64,000 nt of DNA, from assembly GCF_054482525.1 (NCBI RefSeq), contig NZ_CM137006.1; one strand, written 5' to 3'. The translations under genes were made by a program, and so were the position numbers. Each line of letters begins with the position of its first letter. The stretch's first letter is position 1. The notes beneath the pieces are model-generated. The model was not told where the DNA came from, ran no database searches, and worked only from the letters and a program-made list of their open reading frames with translations. Positions 53,995 to 63,832 of the stretch are shown here, piece after piece.

Positions 53995-54710
53995 TGCCAA
54001 TCATGCAAATAGGCTCGTTACACTTGCTGGTCAACCGTAAGGCGATTAAGAATCTGCATATCAGCGTGCTGCCGCCTGATGGCAAAGTACGCGTTTCAGC
54101 GCCGGAACATATGACGGAGACGGCGATTCGTATGGCGGTTGCTTCACGCTTTCGCTGGATCAGAAAACAGCAGCAGGATTTCGCCAGACAGCCTCGTCAA
54201 TCAGAGAGGGAAATGGTCAGCGGAGAGTGCCACTATCTTTGGGGCCGAAGATATCGCCTACTTGTGATTGAGCGTCACGGGCGTCACGAAGTAAAAGTTG
54301 CAGGAAATAATAAGCTCCAGCTTTATGTTCAACCAGGAACCCGTGATGAAAATAAGGCATTGGCGTTAAGTGAATTTTATCGACATGAACTAAAACAGCA
54401 GGTGGCTAAGCTTCTACCTGAATGGCAGGACCGAATCGGTGTTCCCCTAACATTCTGGGGCATCAAAAAGATGAAAACCTTTTGGGGCACCTGTAACACT
54501 ACAACAAAACGAATCTGGCTCAATCTGGAGCTAATTAAGAAGCCGCCGGAGTGTCTGGAGTATATTCTGGTGCATGAACTGGTTCATCTTCTGGAACGTC
54601 ACCATAATGCTCGCTTCCGGTTGCATATGGATCGGTTTATTCCTGACTGGCGTGAGCGTCGGGATTTGTTAAATAATATGCCGTTAGCGTTTGAGGCATG
54701 GGAGTATTGA
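53994..54710 (+). CDS. Zinc metallopeptidase-like protein (YgjP/DUF45/M48-like, HExxH), start overlapping the hsdR stop
   Basis: HELVHLLERHH motif; ATG at 53994 overlaps the hsdR TGA. Confidence 0.7.
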   Translation: MPIMQIGSLHLLVNRKAIKNLHISVLPPDGKVRVSAPEHMTETAIRMAVASRFRWIRKQQQDFARQPRQSEREMVSGECHYLWGRRYRLLVIERHGRHEVKVAGNNKLQLYVQPGTRDENKALALSEFYRHELKQQVAKLLPEWQDRIGVPLTFWGIKKMKTFWGTCNTTTKRIWLNLELIKKPPECLEYILVHELVHLLERHHNARFRLHMDRFIPDWRERRDLLNNMPLAFEAWEY

Positions 54711-55079
54711 TTGAGCCTGTAACTGTTTTTTGTCCATAAATTAACCTTCATTTGATGCTGGATTGAACATATCAAAATCAGACAATTACACAAATCTATG
54801 TACAGGCTCTTCAATTTGTTTTTGATCGCTGATGTGACTGACAACAAACGCTCACGGAACACTAAATCCCGCTCTTCAGACGTTAACTCGCCTCGCTCAA
54901 TAAGCTCTCTGATAGAATCTCGTGGCGTTGGCGTGACTACTTCAAAACAAAAAGTCTCACCATTTTTCTCGGCGACAAAGTCTGGTCCAGCATCCTTGCT
55001 TTTAATGTCGCTAAAGCCCATCTCCATAAGGTAGCCTGAGTTTAACGGACACTCCTTCGTAAGGACGCTGTAAGCAGAA

Positions 55080-55659
55080 ACGCAAGTTCAGAGCGACTAC
55101 GAACTCGAACCACAATCTGCCAGTTGCGCCAAATCTGCTGAACCAGACGTTCGCTCCTACAGCACCAAATCAGGTCTGGGTGGCGGACCTGACGTATGTT
55201 GCCACACAGGAGGGATGGTTGTACCTCGCTGGCATCAAAGATGTTTATACGTGCGAAATTGTCGGCTACGCCATGGGAGAGCGCATGACAAAAGAGCTGA
55301 CAGGTAAAGCCCTGTTTATGGCGCTCAGGAGCCAGCGCCCACCTGCCGGGCTAATCCATCACTCTGATCGAGGTTCACAGTACTGCGCATACGATTACCG
55401 GATCATACAGGAGCAGTTTGGTCTGAAAACGTCAATGTCGCGTAAAGGTAACTGTTACGACAACGCTCCGATGGAAAGCTTCTGGGGAACGCTGAAAAAT
55501 GAGAGCCTGAGCCACTATCGTTTTAATAACCGGGATGAAGCCATCTCAGTAATACGGGAATACATTGAGATTTTCTACAATCGTCAGCGTCGTCACTCTC
55601 GTCTGGGGAATATCTCCCCGGCAGCCTTCAGGGAAAAATATCATCAGATGACTGCTTAA
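55080..55659 (+). mobile_element. IS3-family transposase fragment (C-terminal DDE/integrase part of orfB only)
   Basis: ...PNQVWVADLTYVATQEGWLYLAGIKDVYTCEIVGYAM...HSDRGSQYCAYDY...NCYDNAPMESFWGTLKNE... is the DDE-domain C-terminal half; no N-terminal half, orfA or inverted repeats seen. Confidence 0.75.
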
Positions 55660-55901
55660 AAAAGAACAAATGGTAGTGTCCGCTATTGCCAGTACACCTC
55701 AGGTATCAAAAAGCGATAGATGCAGCTAATACACGACATAACCAAGAAATAAATCATTAAACGACAACACTTAATACCATATTGTGAAGATGTTCAGACA
55801 TGGCGGAATTCCCCTATTCTTTGTTGGCACTTACAACAGACTATATTCCGCCATATCTGTCTTTATTGTGTATAAACCATCGATACTGATGTTTGATAGT
55901 G

Positions 55902-57200
55902 CTAAATAATCATTGGCGCAATCACAAAGCCTAATGCCACTCCAGCAATAATTCCCCCCAACCCAGGCAGCATAAATGGATGATTCAGCACATATTTGCC
56001 TACACGAGTTGTGCCGGTAGTATCAAATTCCATGGCAGCCAGTGATGTTGGATACGTTGGCAGTACAAATACTCCGGTGACGGCCACATAGGACGCCAGA
56101 ATTGCCCAGGTGGGCACGTCAAGCGCGACGGCAAGCGGGATAATTAACGGCGTGGTCGCACCTTGCGAGTAGAGCAGCGCGCAAGTGCCAAAAAGAACCA
56201 GCGCCAACAACATCGGATACGCCTGCAAAATATCACCAGCAATATCTTTAATCTCAGTTAAATGCGCATCAATAAAAGTGGTGCCTAACGTTACAATGCC
56301 GAGAATTACCGCCAGCGAACTCATCCCCGCACGGAATGTGGAGGTGAGAATAATGGCATCGGTCGCCGTCTTACACAGCACCACCATCAGGCAGGCGGCA
56401 GAGAGCATACAGATAATAATGATATCGCGTGTTTCCATCGGTTTACCGATATCAAAACCCGGACGCAGTTGGGGGAAGGCAGCAAGAATAACAATAGCGA
56501 CCGTCGCCAGCAGGAACAATCCGACGGAGAGCGTCGCACCTGGCTTGATGCTGCTATTATTCTCGTATTTTTGCACCAGTCCTTTTTGCAGGCGCTCAAG
56601 GTAGACCTCGTCATCCTGCAACTCACATCCCTGTCGGGAAGCAATAAAAGCGGCGACCATCGCGGCAGCAAAAGAGGTGGGAAGACATACCGACATCACT
56701 TGAATAAAACTGACACCGTTTACCTCCATAATAGTGAGCATAGCCGCCATTGCGGCGCTGATCGGCGAACCGGAAATCGCAACCTGCGAAGCGACAACCG
56801 AACCGGCAAGCGTGCGGGAAGGACGGATACCGGACTCTTTCGCCACTTCAGCAATCACCGGCAGCGTGGAAAAAACAATAAACCCAGTACCGGCCATAAT
56901 GGTCATAGACCAGGTGATAATCGGCGCGATTATGTTGATATATTTCGGGTTACGCCGCATAAAATTACCAGCGACGCATACCAGATAATCCATTCCGCCT
57001 GCGGCCTGTAAGGCTGAGGCCGCCACAACAACGGTCATAATAATCAGGATCACGTCGACTGGCGGCGACCCCATAGGCAGACCAAATCCCAGAGTCAGAA
57101 TGGCAAGCCCAAGCCCGCCACATAAACCAATACCGATTCCCCCCTGGCGAATACCAAAAAATATTGCACCAAGTACTACGATAATTTCCAGCCAAACCAT
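55902..57200 (-). CDS. DcuA/DcuB-family anaerobic C4-dicarboxylate transporter homologue (432 aa)
   Basis: Strong similarity to DcuA as I recall it (…NPKYINIIAPIITW…LPVIAEVAKE…LPTYPTSLAAMEFDTTGTTRVGKYVLNHPF…). Confidence 0.75.
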   Translation of the reverse strand: MVWLEIIVVLGAIFFGIRQGGIGIGLCGGLGLAILTLGFGLPMGSPPVDVILIIMTVVVAASALQAAGGMDYLVCVAGNFMRRNPKYINIIAPIITWSMTIMAGTGFIVFSTLPVIAEVAKESGIRPSRTLAGSVVASQVAISGSPISAAMAAMLTIMEVNGVSFIQVMSVCLPTSFAAAMVAAFIASRQGCELQDDEVYLERLQKGLVQKYENNSSIKPGATLSVGLFLLATVAIVILAAFPQLRPGFDIGKPMETRDIIIICMLSAACLMVVLCKTATDAIILTSTFRAGMSSLAVILGIVTLGTTFIDAHLTEIKDIAGDILQAYPMLLALVLFGTCALLYSQGATTPLIIPLAVALDVPTWAILASYVAVTGVFVLPTYPTSLAAMEFDTTGTTRVGKYVLNHPFMLPGLGGIIAGVALGFVIAPMII

Positions 57201-57265
57201 AATGTTCTCCGTTATAAATATAATTCAGTTAAAAGCGAATAACTTTCTGGCTGCGATTTAAATGA

Positions 57266-57985
57266 TTATTGGGTTAAAAGATAATGTTTACCGACACGAT
57301 TTTCGTACCATTTTATTCCGGCACGAACGAGTGACGCCGTTGAGTCAATATAGCGGGAAGGCTGCTCTTTAACGGCTTGCGCCAGAATAACCGGAATTTC
57401 TGTACAACCAAGAACAAGGATTTCTGCACCGCGAGAAAATAATATTTCAGCCTGCTCATTCATCAACTTTTGTGCGTGCGCTATATTGCCAGCTTTCAAG
57501 GAATAAATACTTTCCATCACTTTTTTCTGACCGTCGGCATCGGGGCTGACACAGGTAAATCCCAGCGACTCAATTCCTTTTTGGTATAAACCCATATATA
57601 GCGTGGCATTGGTGGCTAACAAGCCAATTCGGGTTTTACCACAGGCGCGAACTTCATTGATCGTAGTTTCTACGATACTTAATATATCAATATGACAAGC
57701 ATCTTTTAATTCTTTGAACCAGTAATGCGCGGTATTACAGGGAATAACAATACATTCTGCCCCGGCATCTTCCAGCTTATGCATATAATCACGCATAACG
57801 GGTAATGGTGAACGCCCATGATGCATTAATGCATCGGTACGGTCAGGAATATCCGGGATCGAAGAAATAATTAAAGGAATATGTTCCTGATCACATTGTG
57901 CAGCGGTAAAAGTTACAAATTTATTAAACAGGTCGACGGTAGCTGCCGGCCCCATTCCACCGAGTACACCAATTAAACCTTTCAC
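57266..57985 (-). CDS. Asp/Glu racemase-family protein (putative aspartate racemase, 239 aa)
   Basis: MKGLIGVLGGMGPAATVDLFNKF... and ...LVLGCTEIP... characteristic of Asp/Glu/hydantoin racemases. Confidence 0.7.
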   Translation of the reverse strand: MKGLIGVLGGMGPAATVDLFNKFVTFTAAQCDQEHIPLIISSIPDIPDRTDALMHHGRSPLPVMRDYMHKLEDAGAECIVIPCNTAHYWFKELKDACHIDILSIVETTINEVRACGKTRIGLLATNATLYMGLYQKGIESLGFTCVSPDADGQKKVMESIYSLKAGNIAHAQKLMNEQAEILFSRGAEILVLGCTEIPVILAQAVKEQPSRYIDSTASLVRAGIKWYENRVGKHYLLTQ

Positions 57986-58329
57986 AATACCTGCCTCTCA
58001 AAACGTTAATGACAATACGCGGTAAATAACTGCTGCTCTCTTTTTTAACAGTCGAAATGGGCGATGAGAAATGCAAGGTTGTACAAGGCGATGCAAGACA
58101 CGCATGATGCAGCTATGGAACATTCCGCTTATTCACCATAGTGATGATGTATTCTGGTTATCTGACGGAAAAATTTCGTTTTTTTGGCGAAATGTGATAT
58201 CAACGTCAATACCGGAAATGAAGGAGTTATGCACAAAACGAATGATAAAGGCCAGGTTGTGCTAATTGAGAACATTATTTTTATTGCCGGGATGTTTTAT
58301 TATGTCTTTGGATTGAAAATACAGGTGCC

Positions 58330-59274
58330 ATGGTAATGAAGAATATCGAGACAAAATGGTTATACGATTTCCTGACACTGGAAGCCTGTCGCCATTTTTC
58401 TCAGGCGGCAAAAGAGCGTAATCTTTCGCAACCCGCATTCAGCCGACGAATTAAGGCGCTGGAGGCAGCGATCGGCGTTGTTTTATTCGATCGCACGACC
58501 ACCCCTTTACAATTAACCGAAGAGGGCAAGCTCTTTCATTCCCAGACTCGCAGCTTATTACAGCAGCTTGAATGCAATTTGGGGGAGTTAAACGGCCAGA
58601 GTTTACTCGGCGTTCCCAACATTAAAATTGCAGCCGCGCACTCACTATCCCTGAGCGTATTACCCAAACTGGTGCATTCACTTACCGCCTATGGCGGAGA
58701 ATTTGTCTATCATGTTGAAGCAATTGATGTTGTCCAGGCCGTAAATACGTTACGCGAAGGCAAGAGTGACTTTATTATTTCGTTTCGCGATGAAGATCTT
58801 ATGCAATCGCCTTTTTGCTGCCTGAAACTGTTTGAATCTGAGTTGTACCCGGTATGTGCCGCCGACGCACAGGGGCACCCTGTATTCGATATCACTCAGC
58901 CCCAGGTTCCTTTGCTCAACTATACCGCCACATCTTATATGGGCAGGTTGGTCAATCGTCATCTGGCAGAGGTTGGAGGTATTACCGGGCGCACGATATT
59001 TATCTCTTCGATGAGCGAGTTATTAAAGAATATGGCGCTCAACGGATACGGCATTGCCTGGTTACCGATCTGGTCGATCGTCGATGAACTACAGACCAAA
59101 CGTCTGATATGCCTTGATGCTGCTAAATTGACAGTCCCCATTCAGGCTTATATTTACCGAATGAACACCCGACTGAATAGAACCGCCGAGAACCTCTGGC
59201 GTATTTTACAGGAACATATGCCAGACGATTTAATCCAGCAGATATCAATGGAAGAGCCAGCACGCCGCAATTGA
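58330..59274 (+). CDS. LysR-family transcriptional regulator (314 aa), divergent from the racemase-transporter pair
   Basis: N-terminal wHTH (…LEACRHFSQAAKERNLSQPAFSRRIKALEAAIGVVLFDR…) and LysR substrate-binding region. Confidence 0.8.
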   Translation: MVMKNIETKWLYDFLTLEACRHFSQAAKERNLSQPAFSRRIKALEAAIGVVLFDRTTTPLQLTEEGKLFHSQTRSLLQQLECNLGELNGQSLLGVPNIKIAAAHSLSLSVLPKLVHSLTAYGGEFVYHVEAIDVVQAVNTLREGKSDFIISFRDEDLMQSPFCCLKLFESELYPVCAADAQGHPVFDITQPQVPLLNYTATSYMGRLVNRHLAEVGGITGRTIFISSMSELLKNMALNGYGIAWLPIWSIVDELQTKRLICLDAAKLTVPIQAYIYRMNTRLNRTAENLWRILQEHMPDDLIQQISMEEPARRN

Positions 59275-59391
59275 CGACGTGCAATAAATATCCTCCGGCA
59301 TAGCCGGAGGTTTTTCAAATGCGCCTATAAGGCTCTCTTACCAGCCGCGCCCTAACAGGCGCACACGATCTGACATTTGCATCCAACTTCG

Positions 59392-59769
59392 TTACTTACG
59401 GTCCGTAAACGGGCTGCCCGGACAGGGAATCGATAACTGCTCTCCCATTTTATCCTCTTCAAGCTGGTGCTTTATGTAATCCTGTATCTTCGCCGTGTTC
59501 TTACCCACTGTATCGACGTAGTCCCCCCTGCACCAGAACTCCCTGTTCCTGTATTTGAATTTCAAATCACCAAACTGCTCGTAAAGCATCAGACTGCTTT
59601 TCCCTTTCAGATATCCCATAAACCCGGATACGCTCATTTTGGGCGGGATCTCCACAAGCATATGGATATGATCTGCACAGCATTCAGCTTCCAGAATCCG
59701 TACGCTTTTCCACTCACACAGCTTTCTCAAAATACTGCCTGTTGCTCTACGCTTCTCTCTGTAGAACAC
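59392..59769 (-). mobile_element. IS200/IS605-family TnpA remnant (N-terminally truncated)
   Basis: ...FYREKRRATGSILRKLCEWKSVRILEAECCADHIHMLVEIPPKMSVSGFMGYLKGKSSLMLYEQFGDLKFKYRNREFWCRGDYVDTVGKN... matches IS200 TnpA but lacks the N-terminal ~27 aa. Confidence 0.75.
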
Positions 59770-60620
59770 CTGTCTTCGGTATTTTGGCGCAAAAAACTAT
59801 GTGATATTTACAGTTCCATCGGGTGTGCGCTAAGCTCTTTTCGTTCCCCATTGGGACCCCCTTTTGATTTCTTGTTTGACACTTGCAGTTGCCAGACCGC
59901 AAGGTGTTTTAACAAATCAAAAGGGGTTTTAATAACTGGCTCAAAGCTGAAAGCTTTCCGGAACCCCCAGCCTAGCTGGGAGTTTTCTGTGCACAAAAAA
60001 ACCCTGTAAAAAACTTACAGGGGTATAAGGCTTAGCCTAACTTGCGTCTGTTGCATGGTGCCGGGTGCCTCCCGGTGAATTCAGTCGGTGTCACTGAACC
60101 CGCGTAGGCTTCGCTCATAACATAATAAATGCTATGTACACCAGTCGCCCCACCGCACAGGGGGATTCACCACACGGCGCACTTTTTAACAAATATCCCT
60201 CCGGCCAGACAATAATAAACATAATGAATTGTGATCTTCTTAACAGTTTTAAAGTGTTACAGATAACATGCCAAGTAATTGCTTGTTTTTTCATCAATAG
60301 GAAGACCACACCAACAACCCCAGCTATCAGCCAGAACCGACATTATCCGGCTGATAAAATCTACCATCACTCCAACACCAATCACCGCCTGTGCCAGATC
60401 GCGTTTCTCAAACTTTTTAATCTCTGTTGCCACTCTGCGGGTTTTCTTTTTGAATTTTGAAAATACCAAATATCGTGACGTTTCTTTGGGGGATGAGCTA
60501 TCAAGCGGGAACGATCTGCCTACAGAGAAAGTCAGCCAGACCACTCTGCAAATTATCCCCGAAAGGCTCTGTGGCTGATATGCGCCGGGCATGGCGCAAT
60601 GGGCCAGTGGCAGTGTGTGA

Positions 60621-60696
60621 TGGTGGCCCTTACTGGATTTGAACCAGCGACCAAGCGATTATGAGTCCTCTTACCACTGAGCTAAAGGGTTGGAGA
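60621..60696 (-). pseudogene. Degenerate tRNA-like sequence (CAU anticodon loop, tRNA-Ile2/Met-like 3' part with intact T-arm and CCA; disrupted acceptor stem)
   Basis: Minus strand reads ...AGCTCAGTGGTAAGAGGACTCATAATCGCTTGGTCGCTGGTTCAAATCCAGTAAGGGCCACCA; first two acceptor-stem pairs are mismatched and the anticodon stem looks shortened. Confidence 0.5.
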
Positions 60697-61462
60697 ACGC
60701 AATATCACCTGTCTTATATGATTACACCCAGAATTTCCCGGACTGTCTTGTCAAAACATTCAGTCTCCAATTCCCACCAATAGCAAGACGGTCACTATGA
60801 CAGCATCTCCGGAATGAGCTCAGGGCACGGGGGTTTACCGAGGTTACTTTTCCAACGAAGTTTCTCAAACGCAGGCGTGATAACATTCAAACTTAGGATC
60901 TCAGTTGCTATCTTTTCCCATGTCTTACGGATTAATGTCATCGGTTGCATACAAATCGCTACAAGCTGCATCAAGGCACATGCTTCATATGTACAGTACA
61001 CCAAGATGGATAGGTGTTTCACCTAATCCTAGCTCATTTCAGGCAGGCTCAACAGGCTGCAGCCCGCATGTTTAAGGGCGCAGGTTATCAGCAGGTTATA
61101 AGCTGACCGGATACATTCCGGCAAAGAAAAACCTTGCAGCGATGAAAGCCGTTTCGGTAATGCAATGACGATAAAGCTGTCCTGTATATATGTGCTTCGC
61201 CTCAAACGCTTGCCGTTTTGGTATTGTGCACATGCCGTCTGAACGATGTGGAGCCAGAAAAATGGATGCGTTATGTCATTGAGCATATCTAGGACTGGCC
61301 GGCAAACCGGGTACACGATCTGTTGCTCTAAATAGTTGAGCTGGCCTCTCAGTAAATATCAATACGGTTTTGGTGAGCCGCTTACCACTGAAGCATCACT
61401 TCGGCAGGTAGATTTCTGCAGGCAGAATGGCGCTTACCTTAGCGATAAGCGCGTAAATGTGG

Positions 61463-62476
61463 TTATTCAATACCTGTGGTGACTGTAAAAGTGCGCGTTT
61501 GCTGCGGTGCAACCTGAATCAGCGTGCCATTACGTTGCGCGGCAAGATACCCCTCAGGTCGACAGGTTGCTGGTAATGCAAAGGCGGCTACCTGTTGCTC
61601 GCCGTTATAAAGGATCCAGCGTGTCACATAATTTAGTTCAGCACTGGAGAAACGAGTAACAAACGTAGTGCCATCGGGAGCGATCATGCGAAACTCTGGC
61701 TGATCTGTGTAAGCGTCCAGTTTGTCTGCAAAGAAGACTATTTCTGGATCATAAAATTCCGGTTGATTCAGCGTCGACAGAGAGGCTTCTCCCTGCATAA
61801 TCCGTTGATTAAACGCCAGCCACTGGGCGGTGGGATTAACATGCGAAGGTACTGATTCACGCAACCTTAATATTTCGTCCGGTATATTCTGGCTGAACGT
61901 AGCATTTGGTATATATGCATAATTCATGTGGCACATATATTGTAGTGGCATATCTACAGAAGCCAGATTGGTTACGGCCATCTTAATATCGAACAATGTA
62001 GAGGATTTGTGAAGGACCACTGTTGGCTGAGCCAGATAATGATGCCCGAACCCCATTACATACTCGTAACGCCCGGTAAGGCGTAACATATCTCCCTCTA
62101 ATTCCATCCATGCTTCATCCATCGCGGCACAGGCCATTTCACCGTGTAGCAGATGAGTATCTTCCGCAGATGGGCAGCCATTAGCCAGCAAACCTGAATG
62201 AAAGGCAAAACAGCCATAGGTCTCTATCACCTCTGTCGCCGGTTTAGGCTGGCGAAACATATTGCACATGGTGAGACTGTGTCCATCAAATTGCGCATCC
62301 CAAATCATCTGCCCCATCCAGGGAAGAATAATTAAATGTCCACGACTGTTTGCAATTTTAAGCCCCTCGACACCACTGTCATAGCGAAAAGACGTGACAG
62401 TAAAATCACTATTTTCCAGCAAGATACGAGGTTTTTCGCCAAAAAGCGCCCGCCACAAATAAATACGCGTACTCAT
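61463..62476 (-). CDS. deoX: DeoX-like protein (337 aa; mutarotase-like protein of deoxyribose operons)
   Basis: Follows a FucP-like permease and a pfkB-type kinase in the order of the deoK-deoP-deoX operon of Salmonella and pathogenic E. coli; assignment from gene order and size. Confidence 0.45.
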   Translation of the reverse strand: MSTRIYLWRALFGEKPRILLENSDFTVTSFRYDSGVEGLKIANSRGHLIILPWMGQMIWDAQFDGHSLTMCNMFRQPKPATEVIETYGCFAFHSGLLANGCPSAEDTHLLHGEMACAAMDEAWMELEGDMLRLTGRYEYVMGFGHHYLAQPTVVLHKSSTLFDIKMAVTNLASVDMPLQYMCHMNYAYIPNATFSQNIPDEILRLRESVPSHVNPTAQWLAFNQRIMQGEASLSTLNQPEFYDPEIVFFADKLDAYTDQPEFRMIAPDGTTFVTRFSSAELNYVTRWILYNGEQQVAAFALPATCRPEGYLAAQRNGTLIQVAPQQTRTFTVTTGIE

Positions 62477-62487
62477 AACGATTCTCC

Positions 62488-63804
62488 TCAGGACTCTGTG
62501 ACTTCAGCCAGTGCATTACGTACTTTGCTTTCACGCCAGAAGTAGACACCGACATAGACAAAACAGAGCATAGAAACCAGGAATGAAAGCTGTAGTGAGT
62601 GGAACATATCTGCAATATACCCCTGAATTGCCGGAACCACCGCTGCGCCAACAATAGCCATAACAATGACTGCTCCTGCCATTTCTGTATGTTGGTTATC
62701 AACTGTATCCAGTGTTCCTGCATAGATCGTCGCCCAGCAAGGGCCAAACAAAACACTTACCAGGACGGCGACATAGACCGCGCTGAAACTTGGAGCCAGT
62801 GCAACATATGCCAGAAACAGCGCCCCTATAACGGAATAGAGAATTAGGACTTTTTCCGGATTAAAACGTGTCATAAGGATGTTGGCTATAAACTTGCCAA
62901 TAAAGAAGCAGGCAAAGCTGTAGACCATGAAGTTTGAAGCATCACGTTCGTTGATATCGCCCAACTCCAGTGCCAGACGGATGGTAAATGACCATACTGC
63001 GACCTGCATACCCACATAAAGGAATTGAGCCACAATACCACGACGAAAGCGCGAATTTTTAGCCAGATAGCGCAGCGTATCCATTGCTGACGGGCGTTTA
63101 TGGTGACTTGTCTGTGCCACTTTACAGGTTGGGAAGCGGGTTAAAAGGAACAACACCATGACCACAACAAGAATCATAATCATATACTTATACGGTTCAA
63201 GGGTGTTCTCTAACATCAGCACCTTAAAGTTGTGAATTTGCTCGGCGTTCATTCCGGACATCTGCTTCTCAAGGCTTTCCCCCTCGGAGAAAACCAGATA
63301 TTTGCCCAATAAAATACCAGACGCAGCACCAATCGGATAAAAGGTCTGGCTGATATTGAGCCGCAATGTGGCATAGGCTTTTGGACCGATCATTGAACTG
63401 TATGTGTTCGCTGCAGTTTCAAGGAAACTCAGGCCAATCGCAATCGCAAAAATAGCTGCAAGGAACATAGTGTAGGTTGCCATATGCGAGGCAGGGAAAA
63501 AAAGTGTACAACCACCAATATACAGCGTCAGGCCAATTAAAATTGCCACCTTATAACTGGTCTTTTTAATCACAAGGGATGCTGGTATTGCAATTAAAAA
63601 ATAACCTCCATAAAATGCGCTCTGCACCAATGCTGAAGCAAAGTTACTTAGCGAAAATACACTTTTGAATTGAGTGATTAATATGTCATTTAATGCAGCT
63701 GCGCATCCCCATAGCGGGAATAAACACGATAACAAAATAAACTGGAACAAGGGAGTCTTATTCAGATACCCATCAGGCATCTGAATGATGTTTTTATCGT
63801 TCAT
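62488..63804 (-). CDS. deoP: FucP-family MFS sugar permease, DeoP-like (438 aa)
   Basis: 12-TM MFS protein with FucP-like N-terminus; between kinase and deoX-like genes. Confidence 0.6.
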   Translation of the reverse strand: MNDKNIIQMPDGYLNKTPLFQFILLSCLFPLWGCAAALNDILITQFKSVFSLSNFASALVQSAFYGGYFLIAIPASLVIKKTSYKVAILIGLTLYIGGCTLFFPASHMATYTMFLAAIFAIAIGLSFLETAANTYSSMIGPKAYATLRLNISQTFYPIGAASGILLGKYLVFSEGESLEKQMSGMNAEQIHNFKVLMLENTLEPYKYMIMILVVVMVLFLLTRFPTCKVAQTSHHKRPSAMDTLRYLAKNSRFRRGIVAQFLYVGMQVAVWSFTIRLALELGDINERDASNFMVYSFACFFIGKFIANILMTRFNPEKVLILYSVIGALFLAYVALAPSFSAVYVAVLVSVLFGPCWATIYAGTLDTVDNQHTEMAGAVIVMAIVGAAVVPAIQGYIADMFHSLQLSFLVSMLCFVYVGVYFWRESKVRNALAEVTES

Positions 63805-63832
63805 AGTGCTACCTTTAACTGTGCAGGATGAT

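Noticed and set aside
60795-61316. Short overlapping ORFs on both strands (70-95 aa) between the tRNA-like fragment and the deoX-like gene
   Set aside because: Mutually overlapping, no consistent frame or RBS; more likely decayed IS or island junk than genes; left unannotated
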